Source: Octopus sinensis
Lineage: Eukaryota
Direction: 5' to 3'
DNA: 64,000 nt
Assembly (NCBI RefSeq): GCF_006345805.1
Contig: NC_042998.1
Location: forward strand, 161,076,001-161,140,000
Positions 41,804 through 53,853 of this stretch are shown here, one piece after another (position 1 is the first letter of the stretch; each line of letters opens with the position of its first letter). The notes beneath the pieces were generated by a model, which worked only from the letters and a program-made list of their open reading frames with translations, was not told the DNA's origin and made no database searches. A program made the translations under genes and the position numbers.

Positions 41804-42391
41804 GGTGCATAGCAATATATGTAATGTTTATATATATATGTATAAACATACACATATATGTACGCATACATTTACACATTCATGTAAACATATTTGTTTA
41901 TACACATGCACAAATACACACACAAATATATGTGTGCGTATGTTTGCGTGTTTGAATATACACTGAGTCTGTGTGAATGTTTACACACTGCGCATGCATG
42001 CAAAAAAAAAACGCCAGTCTACAGACAGCGACATTTTCCTGTCAACAAATTATTCACTACGACTGCACTTTGAAAGTATGTGAAATTTAAACCCCCACCA
42101 CTTGGAAAATAGATATGGGCTAGCGACAAGGATGGTATCAAGCTGTATAAACAATGCCTTTATAATTAGTATTAACCTAACTCATGCTAGCTTGGAAAAA
42201 TAGATATAAAATGAAGAATCAAATACCCACACACATGCATATATACAAATACATAGATATTTATATATACAGACATGTGTCTATACATATATACATATGT
42301 GTGTATATATATATATACACATGTATGAACACACTTATATATGTATACATAATATATATACACATGTATGAACACACTTATATATGTATAC

Positions 42392-42449
<58 letters not shown>

Positions 42450-44414
42450 TAGTTGTATACACACACATATCTATAGTGAAATGTATTTTAAAATTTAAGG
42501 AGACAAATTAACTAAAAACAAACTTTGAAAGTACCAACAAACAATACAATTAATGATCCAGTTAATTAAACACTTAAATAATATAATTTGTTGAAAATTA
42601 TAGACAAAAACCATATCCTTTTTGTGTCATCTACAACATGATGAGTCCCAGGGTCATAAATCCCAAATCTTTATTGCTACCTAACTGAACAATATCAACC
42701 TATTTGTAGATAGCCAACCCAGAATGGTCCACTATGTTAATGAAGCAATCCACAGTTAATCAAATATCATGATATTTATAGCTTACAGGATTTAGTCAAT
42801 AACAATTTAAGACCCTTAATCCTAAAATATTTGTTTTATAATTTTTATATTAAAACTGTTTGCATTTTAGTAGCACTATAACTAACATATGATAAAAAAA
42901 GTCATTACTTTATAGACCTTGTAAAAATAAGCTATGATTTCAACTCTTTAACCATGCATTAAGAAATTTTTAAGCAGTTGATCAAATATTCATTTTAATT
43001 AAATCAAGGTTATTTCATTAAAGTATTTAAAACACAAAAGCTAATTACATACTAAAAAAATTTCATGACCAGTTTCAGGAGTATATCTTTGATTAGAATA
43101 AATAAATTTATATGTTATGCTTACAGAGACAATACAAAAGACATTATAAGCTTTCTGTAAGTATAATCTATAGGTATAGAAGACTTGCTGAAAAATTTTT
43201 AATATTTTGATTGAAAAAGTAATTCTTTGGAAAGTTACAGATGTTGCTTTAATAATGCAAGTGAAGAAATGTACCAAATGTATCATGTTATATAGTCAAA
43301 ATTATATTGAGGTAGTTTAGATAATGTTGACTGAGTGTTGATGTGTGCATTAGCTTGGTACAAGTTTATAAACAATTTCTGATTATGAAGTTATGATTAC
43401 ACACATACACACACACATACAGATGTGCACTTCAGACAAACCCTTATGAATAAAAACCTAAGAATATAATAAAAATGTACAAGTATGTCAATGACATCAT
43501 TTGGTACAGAAGGTCATTAGCAGCTCCTGAAGATTTGCCAGAAACAAAAGCTAATAGAAAAATGAAATAGAAAAATAATAGATAGATAACGAAGAAAGAG
43601 AAAAAAATCATTCCCTGCATCAAGCTCTTCTGGAAGCTATAACTACTACAACTATTTTCCTTTTTGAAACAACACCTAGCATTTCCTTTCACTTTGTAAG
43701 AGACATACAGATGAATAAATAAACAAGTAAATAATTAAATAATGCTAAGGAAATTAATAGCAAATGAAGATGTAACAACATAATGATAAAGCAAGAGAAA
43801 TGGGAGCAGGCATAACATAAAGACGATATAAGAAAGTGGTCAACACGAAGGGTCAAACAAATGAGTCAAGTTGGTAAAATAAAAACATAAAGAAGATAAT
43901 GAAACAGCTAAATAGCTCAAGTGAATCCATATCTTAATAGTTATGCAAGTGAGGAGCTAACTGTATCAGGCCAATGGAAGTCAGCTGTCTAAGGGATTTA
44001 CATTAGGCTAGGTCAAAAAGTCTATAATTACATCTATCAGGTAACAATAACAACAAATCAATATCAGTGAATTGATATTGTGAGTAGGATGCAAAGTGAT
44101 ATGAAGCCTAAACTAAGAAGTGAAATATTATAAAGTGTAGCACTAACTGTCTCCAGCAGTAAAATATTAATCAATGTTTCAACAAGATGAAGAATGAAAT
44201 CAGAATTTTATCACCTCTGTCATTCTCATGCTACATTTCAAATAATCAGTCATAAAATGGTTCTTCCCTAAATAATACTATAAAAAGAAACTTTGTAAAA
44301 GTTAGGTAAAAAAGGACGATGCATATCAGCATGCACTTTATGTGCATGTATAATTGTATATGCACAGTTACATATAATGTAAGTATGCTCACATTGGTAC
44401 AGGCATTCCACACA

Positions 44415-44522
44415 CATTGGTGTGTGGAAATAAGTTTGATTCCCAACCACAAGTACCAGGTTCAGTCCCACTTCATGGTATCTTCTAATATAGCACTGAG
44501 TCAACCAAAGCCTTGTAAATGG

Positions 44523-44574
<52 letters not shown>

Positions 44575-44579
44575 GTCTG

Positions 44580-44613
<34 letters not shown>

Positions 44614-44633
44614 CAAACATACATACACATAGA

Positions 44634-44671
<38 letters not shown>

Positions 44672-44885
44672 CATATACACACACACATCTATGTGTATGT
44701 ATGTTTGTCCCTCACCAGTACTGGTTTGTTTACATCCTTTTAACATAAGTTCAGCAAAAGAAACCCATTTAATAAGTATCAGACTTAAAAATTAAGTACT
44801 GTGGTTGATTTGTTTAACTAAAAACCCTTGAAGGTAGAGCCCCAGCATGGCCACAGAGGAATGACTAAAGCATGTAAAAGATGGA
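44415..44885 (+). mobile_element. tRNA-derived SINE family D with expanded internal microsatellite
   Basis: B-box-like ggttcagtcccac, tcttctaatatagc..accaaagccttgt, then (TCTA)n/(TA)n/(GT)n, then tgtttacatcc..aataagta..ccagcatggccacag..aatgactaaagcatgtaaaaga. The tail recurs at ~50570-50690, 54480-54520 (-) and 55600-55685. Confidence 0.75.
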
Positions 44886-45061
44886 AGATATTAATGCATA
44901 CATATTCACAAACAAGCATTCATACACACACATGCCTGTGTGTATAGATGTGTGTGTATGTGTGTGTGTGTATATATATATATATATAAAAATATATAGG
45001 GAGAGTTTACGAAAAAAACAAAAGACGAAGACAGGTGGTATATACATATATATATACATAT

Positions 45062-45141
<80 letters not shown>

Positions 45142-45158
45142 TAGATAGATAGATACAT

Positions 45159-45189
<31 letters not shown>

Positions 45190-45195
45190 TTGCAT

Positions 45196-45304
45196 CAGTC
45201 ACACACTTATTGCAGTGGTCCTTCAGTTTTTCTATGCCCTGTAAAAGAATTTGGAAGGCCTTTTGCAATACCCTTAAGCTAGAAACTTTTCTTCATCCCC
45301 TTGT
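45196..45304 (-). mobile_element. short mariner-derived remnant
   Basis: Minus strand resembles the F(Y)xxGIxKLxxRWxKCV mariner C-terminus (frameshifted); ends in ..cttcatccccttg|ta. Confidence 0.45.
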
Positions 45305-46889
45305 ATAAATGCATGTGTGTAAACATATATCTAAGAATGTATAAAAGTTTGTATCACTAATTCATATATTCATACAATTTTACATGTATATATTACAACA
45401 TGTTTGCAATGTGTCTGTACTGCTGTATGTACATGCACAGACAAGTGACTGTACACATATGCAAGCTTTAGGAAAACACATGCACTGTATTCAAAATAAA
45501 TACACAGCAGATGTATACAAATATTTGTACACATGTATTAGTGATGACTAGATGTGTTAATTGGGGTAGGGAAAGCTTCCATATTAGGACACTTCATGAT
45601 GTACTAATAATTTAGAAGACACATTTTTGTATATATCACATGGTGAACGCAGGTAATTTATAACAAAATATGAGGACATTTAGCATAGTCATTCACACTA
45701 ATATGCCTGGAACAGAAATATCACAGAAAAGACTATGGATGTAAGTGTGAGTGTGTGTATGTGTGTGTGAGACTGTTTGTGCATATGTATACATATATAT
45801 GAATATACTTACACACACACACCCATACACATATATACACACACACACACACATATATATATATACACATATATACATACATGGCCATGTGTGTATATAT
45901 ATATATATATACACACTTTTATGAACAAATATATATACACATATATGAACAATGTATACACACACTCATACACATATATGTATGTATCTACATATCTGTT
46001 GATGTATATATCTATATATTTTGTGTGAGTGTGAAAATAATGAACACATATAATTAGATATTAACAAGTACATACAAACATAATACATATAAGTATGTGC
46101 ATGCACGTGTGTGCATGTGTGTGTGACTGAGTATGTATAATAGTGTACTTATTTGGACATTAGGAAAACAAGTGCAGAACAACCAAATGTAATAATATCA
46201 CTAAACATTGATTATGTATGCCCATAACAAAAGGAATATGCAATATTAATCCCTGTGTGATGCCTATGATAAGCATGAAAATTATTACCAGCTCTTCAGT
46301 GTATGCATTTAATAAAATATGGCCATATGATAAAAACATCACATAGCACTGTCATAAGTGTCTAAATGACATATAAATTCTAGGCTTTTATGTGTCTAAT
46401 TGATCACTCACAGGATACACACATACAAACAATTTCATATATAAATACATCATGTGCATCAATTTCATGTTAACTGGATAATAAGTGATACTTAAAAATA
46501 AGTATTTGCACATTCACAAAACATGATCATATATGTGTGTGTATTGTTGTGTATGTATATATATATACACACACACAGAGGGAGAGAGAGAGGAATGACA
46601 TTTGTGTATACATACATGGACAAATGTTCACACATATCACATGCATATAATCATGCATATAAATATGATATGCACATTCCACATTACATGTGGATATATA
46701 TGTTTACACCTGATCTTATATGTATAAAGTATATATAATAATCACACGCACATAGATACCTGTCTGTTTATATATACTATATGTGTGTGTGTGCGCACAA
46801 AAATTCATGTAGGTATATGCATACATGTACATTGATATATATGTGTACATAAGTGTGTGTGTGTGTGTGTGTGTCTCTCTCTCTCTATG

Positions 46890-46930
<41 letters not shown>

Positions 46931-47184
46931 ACACAGAACTGTGTGTGTGTAGATGTATATGTATCTATATATAGATATATACACTCACATGTACAGATAC
47001 ATATGTGTATATACACATACACACACACACACATGTGAAGTCAGCACATACACATACAGGGATATACAATAAAAACAAGAATAAAATCAGTACTAGTGAT
47101 GATGTATTCAGCCAAAAAACTTTATTGCTGCAGATGAATACAGAAAGTTGAATGTATAAATCTTTGTAACATTATATATGTATA

Positions 47185-48011
47185 TACACGGTGATTATTG
47201 TTGCCATTTCAAACTTTTGATTTCACATGTGCGCATTGTTTGTTTTTGATTATGTCAACTACACAGTATAGTAGGGTCAGTTGGGCACTGTCTGAGAAAA
47301 ACAGCATCATGATGCAATTCACTCTAACAGAAATTTGGAGACGACATGCTGTACTGCTTAGAATTTGCGCTGGAAGATCCAATACAAACATTTCAGATTG
47401 TTTGGGTGTCAATCTGAAGATAAGTACCAAGAGTGATAAAAATTAAACAACCAGTCAACATCATGGTGTTTAGAGTGATCACTAGTGATGGTGACGTTAT
47501 GCCTCCATTCATCTTCCCATATGGCCTCACACTCAACAAGGAGGCCTACAGTAAGTGCCTGAAGGAGGTAGTACTGCCCTGGGTGAAGAGGGTGGCTATT
47601 GGAAGACCCTATGTCTGGGAGGACCCAGTCATGGCTGTCAGATAAGTTCTGCAACCACATCACCCCTAACATCTGGCCACCTAACTCCCCAGGCTGCAAC
47701 CCCCTTGATTATTATGAGTGGGACATAGTTGAGTGAGAGTGCAACAAAACTTGTAACACCAAAGATGAACTGAAGGCAAGGTTTATGGCAGTACTGACCA
47801 ACTGAAATAAGGAGACCATCCAGAAGGGTTGCAGGAGATCCCAAAGTCGTCTGGAGGCCATGGTTGAAGCCAATGGCAATTTTATTGAATAGATTTACTC
47901 TTTAGTATTTCAAGATATTTTTATGTAATTTTGGTAAATATATCTGTTAAATTGAGATGTTATTTTCATTTTTGAGTAACCTAGATGACAATATATTCAC
48001 TGCACTCTCTA
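47185..48011 (+). mobile_element. internally deleted Tc1/mariner transposon, maT/DD37D-like
   Basis: KQPVNIMVFRVITSDGDVMPPFIFPYGLTLNKEAYSKCLKEVVLPWVKRVAIGRPYVW, then (shifted frame) WLSDKFCNHITPNIWPPNSPGCNPLDYYEW...RLEAMVEANGNFIE*; N-terminal HTH remnant at 47309-47420; degenerate TIRs in TA context. Confidence 0.88.
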
Positions 48012-48139
48012 CATATACATTATACATATGTACTTACATAAATATGCATATACATGTATGTTTATCTATTATATCATTATACAAATATATGTATAACATA
48101 TGTTTGTATGTACATTATATATACAGGATCAATGATCCT

Positions 48140-48347
48140 TACTTAGCTGTTTGTGACATATATATTTCCTCCCTGGATGGGACGCTGGTCTGTTACAGAG
48201 GAACTCATTTTTAGCCAGTTGGGTGGACTAGAGCTACTTGAAATTAAGTATCTTGCCCAAGAACATAATGCATTACCAGTCCCAGGAATTTAAACCAGTC
48301 TTACAATTATGAATGCAATACGCTAACCACTAAGTCATGTGCCATCA
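48140..48347 (-). mobile_element. tRNA-derived SINE, family C
   Basis: ccctggatgggacgctggtc..gccagttgggtggactagagc..tcttgcccaagaacat..ccaggaatttaaacc..ctaaccactaagtcatgtgcc is the reverse complement of the 19531 type. Confidence 0.75.
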
Positions 48348-49141
48348 CATTACATACATACATATATATATATATATATACACACACACATATACATACA
48401 TTTTCATGCAAATGTGTGTATATGTGTAAATATAAATGTATGTATATATATATATATTTATATATATATACACACACACATATATACATATACATACATA
48501 CACACACATATACATACATACACATAATATATATATACACACACATAAATATATACACACACACAGACACATATAAATGTATACATATATACAGATCTGC
48601 ATATACATACATGTGCAAATGTAAGAGTGTAGGTGTGTGTATATGTGTATACACACATACACACACACTCTCACATACACACGCACAATAACACAGATGA
48701 GTACATAGCAAAATAGAATGATATTTCTTGGGGTGACTTATGAAGAAAAAAACTGGAGTGCTTATGATTCTTGTTGACATCTTACGAAGAAAAAATGAAT
48801 TTAACAATATGGTAAATGTTAAACTTTTGTTTCAGTAGATCTCACGAAAAGCAGGCATATTACTTATATATCTAACATATGTATATACATATATTTCTTC
48901 CACAGAAAGTGGCTGTTGAATGTTGACAGTGACATACAAATAGATATCACAAATATATTACTTATATGTATGCACATGTGTTTGCATGTGTGTGTGTGTG
49001 TTTGTATACACACTCACACACATTTAAATATATATGTACATATATACATACAAATATATATATACATATATATATATACACACACTTTATATGCACTTTT
49101 GACAAGTTGTGGTGCACCTGAGCACTGTATACAATAATTTC

Positions 49142-49174
<33 letters not shown>

Positions 49175-49189
49175 TGTGTGTGTGTGTAA

Positions 49190-49508
49190 GGAAGATGTGT
49201 GGATTCATAGTTAGAGTATTTAGTTCATGATTATAAAGTTGTGTGTTCAATTTCCGATGGTGCATTCTGCCCTTAAGCAAGACACTTTATTTCATGATTT
49301 TCCAATTCACTCAGCTGGCAAAAGTGAGTAGTACCCATATTTCAAAGGGCCAGCCTTGTCACATTCTGTGTCATGCTGATCCTCCCTCAGAACTACATTA
49401 AGGGCATACATGCCTGTGGAGTGCTCAGCCACTTGCACATTAATTTCACAAACAGGCTGTTCCATAGTTTGAATCAGCTGGAACACTTGTCATAAACCAC
49501 AGAGTGCC

Positions 49509-49510
<2 letters not shown>
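49190..49510 (+). mobile_element. tRNA-derived SINE with family-C head/middle and a different 3' module
   Basis: gtgttcaatttcc..ccttaagcaagacacttt..cactcagctggcaaaagtgagta followed by gggccagccttgtcac..tgtggagtgctcagccacttgcac..gagtgcca. Confidence 0.75.
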
Positions 49511-49539
<29 letters not shown>

Positions 49540-49544
<5 letters not shown>

Positions 49545-49714
49545 GACAGATAGGTAGATAACTAGAAAGACAGATGTATAGATAAATATATATAGTGTAT
49601 ATATATATACTTTTGTGCACACACACACAAAAGCATGTGCTTAATATATATAATGTTATATACATACACACACACAATATAAATATATATATATATATAC
49701 ATATATGTATATAT

Positions 49715-49748
<34 letters not shown>

Positions 49749-49885
49749 GACAGATAGGTAGATAAATAGAAAAACAGATGTATATATACATATAAATATA
49801 TATATATATATATAATATATATATATACATATGTTTGTGTGTACACACACAAAAACATGTGCTTAATATATATATAACTATACAT

Positions 49886-49932
<47 letters not shown>

Positions 49933-50001
49933 GTGTATATATACATATGTTTGTGTGTACACACACAAAAACATGTGCTTAATATATATATAACTATACA
50001 T

Positions 50002-50071
<70 letters not shown>

Positions 50072-50110
50072 AGATAGACAGACAGGTAATAGATAGACAG
50101 ATAAATAGAT
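49540..50110. repeat. higher-order tandem duplication of microsatellite-containing units
   Basis: catgtgcttaatatatata at 49634, 49856 and 49972; tagacagataggtagataa at 49543 and 49747. Confidence 0.8.
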
Positions 50111-50283
50111 ACATATATGTACATGTATAAGTGTATATATTTAAATATATGTGTGTATATATATACATACATTTATACATGTACAGATACACACACACAC
50201 AAGTGGGTGAACAAGCAAAGTGGCATGAAACACATTTGGTCAGTGTTACATGTAATATTTAATAGCAGTCTGCCACAGACACA

Positions 50284-50356
50284 TGCCTTGATAACTGAAG
50301 AGATGCTGGTGCAGGTTTCCGCCCTGACATCTGAAACTCGGAGTTTTACTATGGCA
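50284..50356 (+). ncRNA. type I hammerhead ribozyme motif, probably a Penelope-like terminal-repeat remnant
   Basis: Stem I ugccuugauaa(50284-94)/uuacuauggca(50346-56), 9 of 11 pairs; CUGAAGA 50295-50301; stem II gaug..cauc; GAAA 50333-36; stem III acuc-g-gagu with GUU triplet 50343-45; AATAAA at 50361-66. Confidence 0.65.
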
Positions 50357-50424
50357 ACCGAATAAATGTCACATATTATATTACAAACACACAGACACAC
50401 ACACACACACACACACACATATAT

Positions 50425-50458
<34 letters not shown>

Positions 50459-50711
50459 GTGTTTCTGTGCAAGTATGTGTGTGAATGTAATTACATAAGT
50501 ACGCAGGCTCTTGCATGGTTCAGAAGTTCTCTTAGCATCCACATGTTTTTGGTTCAGTCCCACAGTGCAGCATAAGACTAACAGGATAAGTACTAAACCT
50601 GAAATATAAATACTCTAGGCAATTCGTTCACCTAAACAATTCAAGAACATGCTGCAGCAAAGCCCACAGTCCATTGAGAGCAGCAGGTAACATAATGTGC
50701 ATGTGCATATA

Positions 50712-50753
<42 letters not shown>

Positions 50754-51399
50754 TATATACATACACATCTATATATGTATACTATTCATATACACAAAAG
50801 TGTATCTCAGTTCTTGTATATTGAATCTGTACCAATATACAGTTTAGATGTGCAAATGACTTGAAATCTGATTTATTCTTTTATTTTTTACATTGTGTTA
50901 TATGTTTCAGCCCTAAAGCTGTGGCTGAACAACTGCAACATTACTATCTAATCATTTTCCTAATTATCTACATGTACGCATGTAGTTGTGTGTGTATCCA
51001 TGTGATTACATGTATATGTGTACATAACTAAATATGAGTATGTATGTATATATATATGTATGTGTGTGTATGTATATGCATATGAAGATAGGATGGACTC
51101 AAACACTAACACACGAATATGGGCACATAAGTGTTGTAAATTCTTTTACACATACATACGGATAAGGACATTTATACTAGATTCTCAATATATGTGACAT
51201 TAAATACACACACACACACACACAGCTACAATAGCATAAGTAAGCTAACATGGAGGAATGGAAGTTGTAATGTCACTTGCAGGTTTTGAACACTGACTCC
51301 TTTACATAATTTATAGCTTTGCTAATAACTACACAAAACTATACATACGTTACACACGTGTGTGTCTGTAAACACAAATATAGACCCATTAGCTAAAGA

Positions 51400-52087
51400 A
51401 ATATTTGATATTTATATATAATTATACCAATATAAAAATATGAAAAGTATCAATATATAAATATATGAAAATATGTATATATGTATGTATACACATATGT
51501 ATGTATACACATATATACATATATGTGTATGCATATATAGTTAGATATATATATGGATATCTATACATATATGACTATAGAAATGCATTGATTGTATTTA
51601 CAGATATGAGTGTGTGTGTGTGTGTGTTTGTTTGTAGATATATAGATACACATACATACAAACATATGTATACTTTTATACAAACATATATAAATACATA
51701 CTTAAACCTATCTATTTATCTCCCTCTCTCTCTCCATGTATATGTATATATATAATATTATATATATATATATATATATAAAATATATGCACATGCATGC
51801 ATATATGACTAGTTTGAATATGTATACAGATATAGTTAATAAATATACATATATACACACATATATAATATGTATGTATATGAATGCATATATGTTTAAA
51901 TGCACATCTATCTATATAGATACACACACATATAATATATATACATAGATATAATAAATATATATTATATATATATATATATATATAGATATATATATAT
52001 CATATATATATACATATATATATACTGTATATATTATACTTATACTATACATCAGTGTATAGATATATACATATATATATTACTATG

Positions 52088-52132
<45 letters not shown>

Positions 52133-52625
52133 ACATATGTTTATGTATATATAATATAATACACACACATGTATATATACAATATACATATTATACACAT
52201 GTATAATATACATATATATATATATATACCCCATATATACATATATTATACATATATATATAACATATATATATGTATACATATATATGTGTGTATATTA
52301 GTGTTTATATATATACATTATATATATACTATACTATATATATACATATATATATATATACATATATATGCACATAACTATCTATCTCTCTATCAATCTA
52401 TATATGTATATGTTATATATATATATATAATATATACACACACATACATATACACATATATAAACATATATCTATATTTACACACATGCATGTATATGTG
52501 AGCGTGTGTGCACATGTATTCATATAAACATTTGTATTCATGAACATGTGAGCGTATACATATGTACATGTACATATACCGACATACATATATACAAATA
52601 TATATGTGTGGGTGGGTTGTATACA
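51400..52625. repeat. degenerate (AT)/(AC)/(GT) simple-sequence field
   Basis: Directly visible low-complexity tract of >1 kb. Confidence 0.9.
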
Positions 52626-53553
52626 TACACATCTGGTAAACAAATAATCTGCGTAATAACGTATTGGATATATTGATAGTCATCATGCATTATTTCAATT
52701 TAGACAAATGTGCTAACCCTCTTGCAGGCAGATCTCAAAGTATATGTATTTATTTTTTATGCATTTAATCAATGTATCATCTTTCCTTTTTATTTGATAA
52801 GCCCTGTGCTATATGAAAAAAACTGAACCAAGCACACTTTCCTTGTATAATATGTCCAGAAGAATGCTTTTCCATATAATCCCCGCAATATGCAAGGAAT
52901 ACATGCTGAAGTTACCTCAAATTACAAACTTGGAGGACCCAAAATATTAGGGACACATTGCATAATGTAGATATGGTGTGTTGGAGTGATATGGATGAAA
53001 TGCCTTTTGATTATAATTCTACTCAGTGATACTGCTGTGAGGTTAGGCAATAACATATCATGTTATTGCTAATATGTAGTTAGCTGGATTGAGTCATTTA
53101 TACACTAAATTTTACAGGCCATGAATAGACGATACCACCTGTGGCAGGATATGAACTAACAATCTTTCCTTGCTAATCCACCAACTTGATAACCTGGCAA
53201 GTTGCATCTTTTGTGGGTGGTGTGTGTGTGTGTGTGTGAGTGTGTGAGTATGTGTATGTGTGTGAATGTGTGTGTGTGCGCGTGCATAGATATATAATTA
53301 AAAGTTTCACTCATCTGATTATTATCAGTTTTAGTAAACTGTTAGAAGAGATAAGACATTTATATGGAATATGCTATTGAATACGCACACACACACATAT
53401 ATATGCACAAAACCATATACAGATATACTGGTAGAAAGATAATCAGACTGAGAGAAGAAGGTTGAGTAAATATGTAGAAATATGAAACAATATTATAAAA
53501 TTATATGCAGATGTGTGTGCGTGCGTGTATATGTATACACACACACAAATATA

Positions 53554-53781
53554 CAGTAATCCCTTGCCATATCGCGGTTCACCTATCATGGTTCACCTAT
53601 CACAGTTTATTATTTAAGCTTATGCTGATTCCTCTGTGGTGTTGTTTTGCAGTTATAGTAAATAAATATATGCAAATTTTAAAAATAATTTTAAAATATA
53701 CAGTACAGTTCCTACTTCGCGGATTTTCATCTATCGTGGGAGGTTTTGAAACATAACACCATGATGGTTGAGGGATTACTA
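53554..53781. mobile_element. Tigger/pogo-like MITE
   Basis: TA|cagtaatccct...agggattacta|TA terminal inverted repeats (one terminal mismatch) with TA flanks; internal tatcgcggttcacc / ttcgcggattttcatctatcg motifs. Confidence 0.8.
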
Positions 53782-53791
53782 TACATATATG

Positions 53792-53853
<62 letters not shown>

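Noticed and set aside
43062-43096. Minus-strand ctaatca..gaaactggtc, resembling a decayed Penelope hammerhead
   Set aside because: Two core mismatches and no stem I.
49540-50110. CRISPR-like repeat/spacer pattern
   Set aside because: Eukaryotic context, 'spacers' are microsatellites, irregular period, no cas genes.
50345-50358. RFX X-box-like tttactatggcaac
   Set aside because: Imperfect half-site and better explained as stem I of the hammerhead motif.
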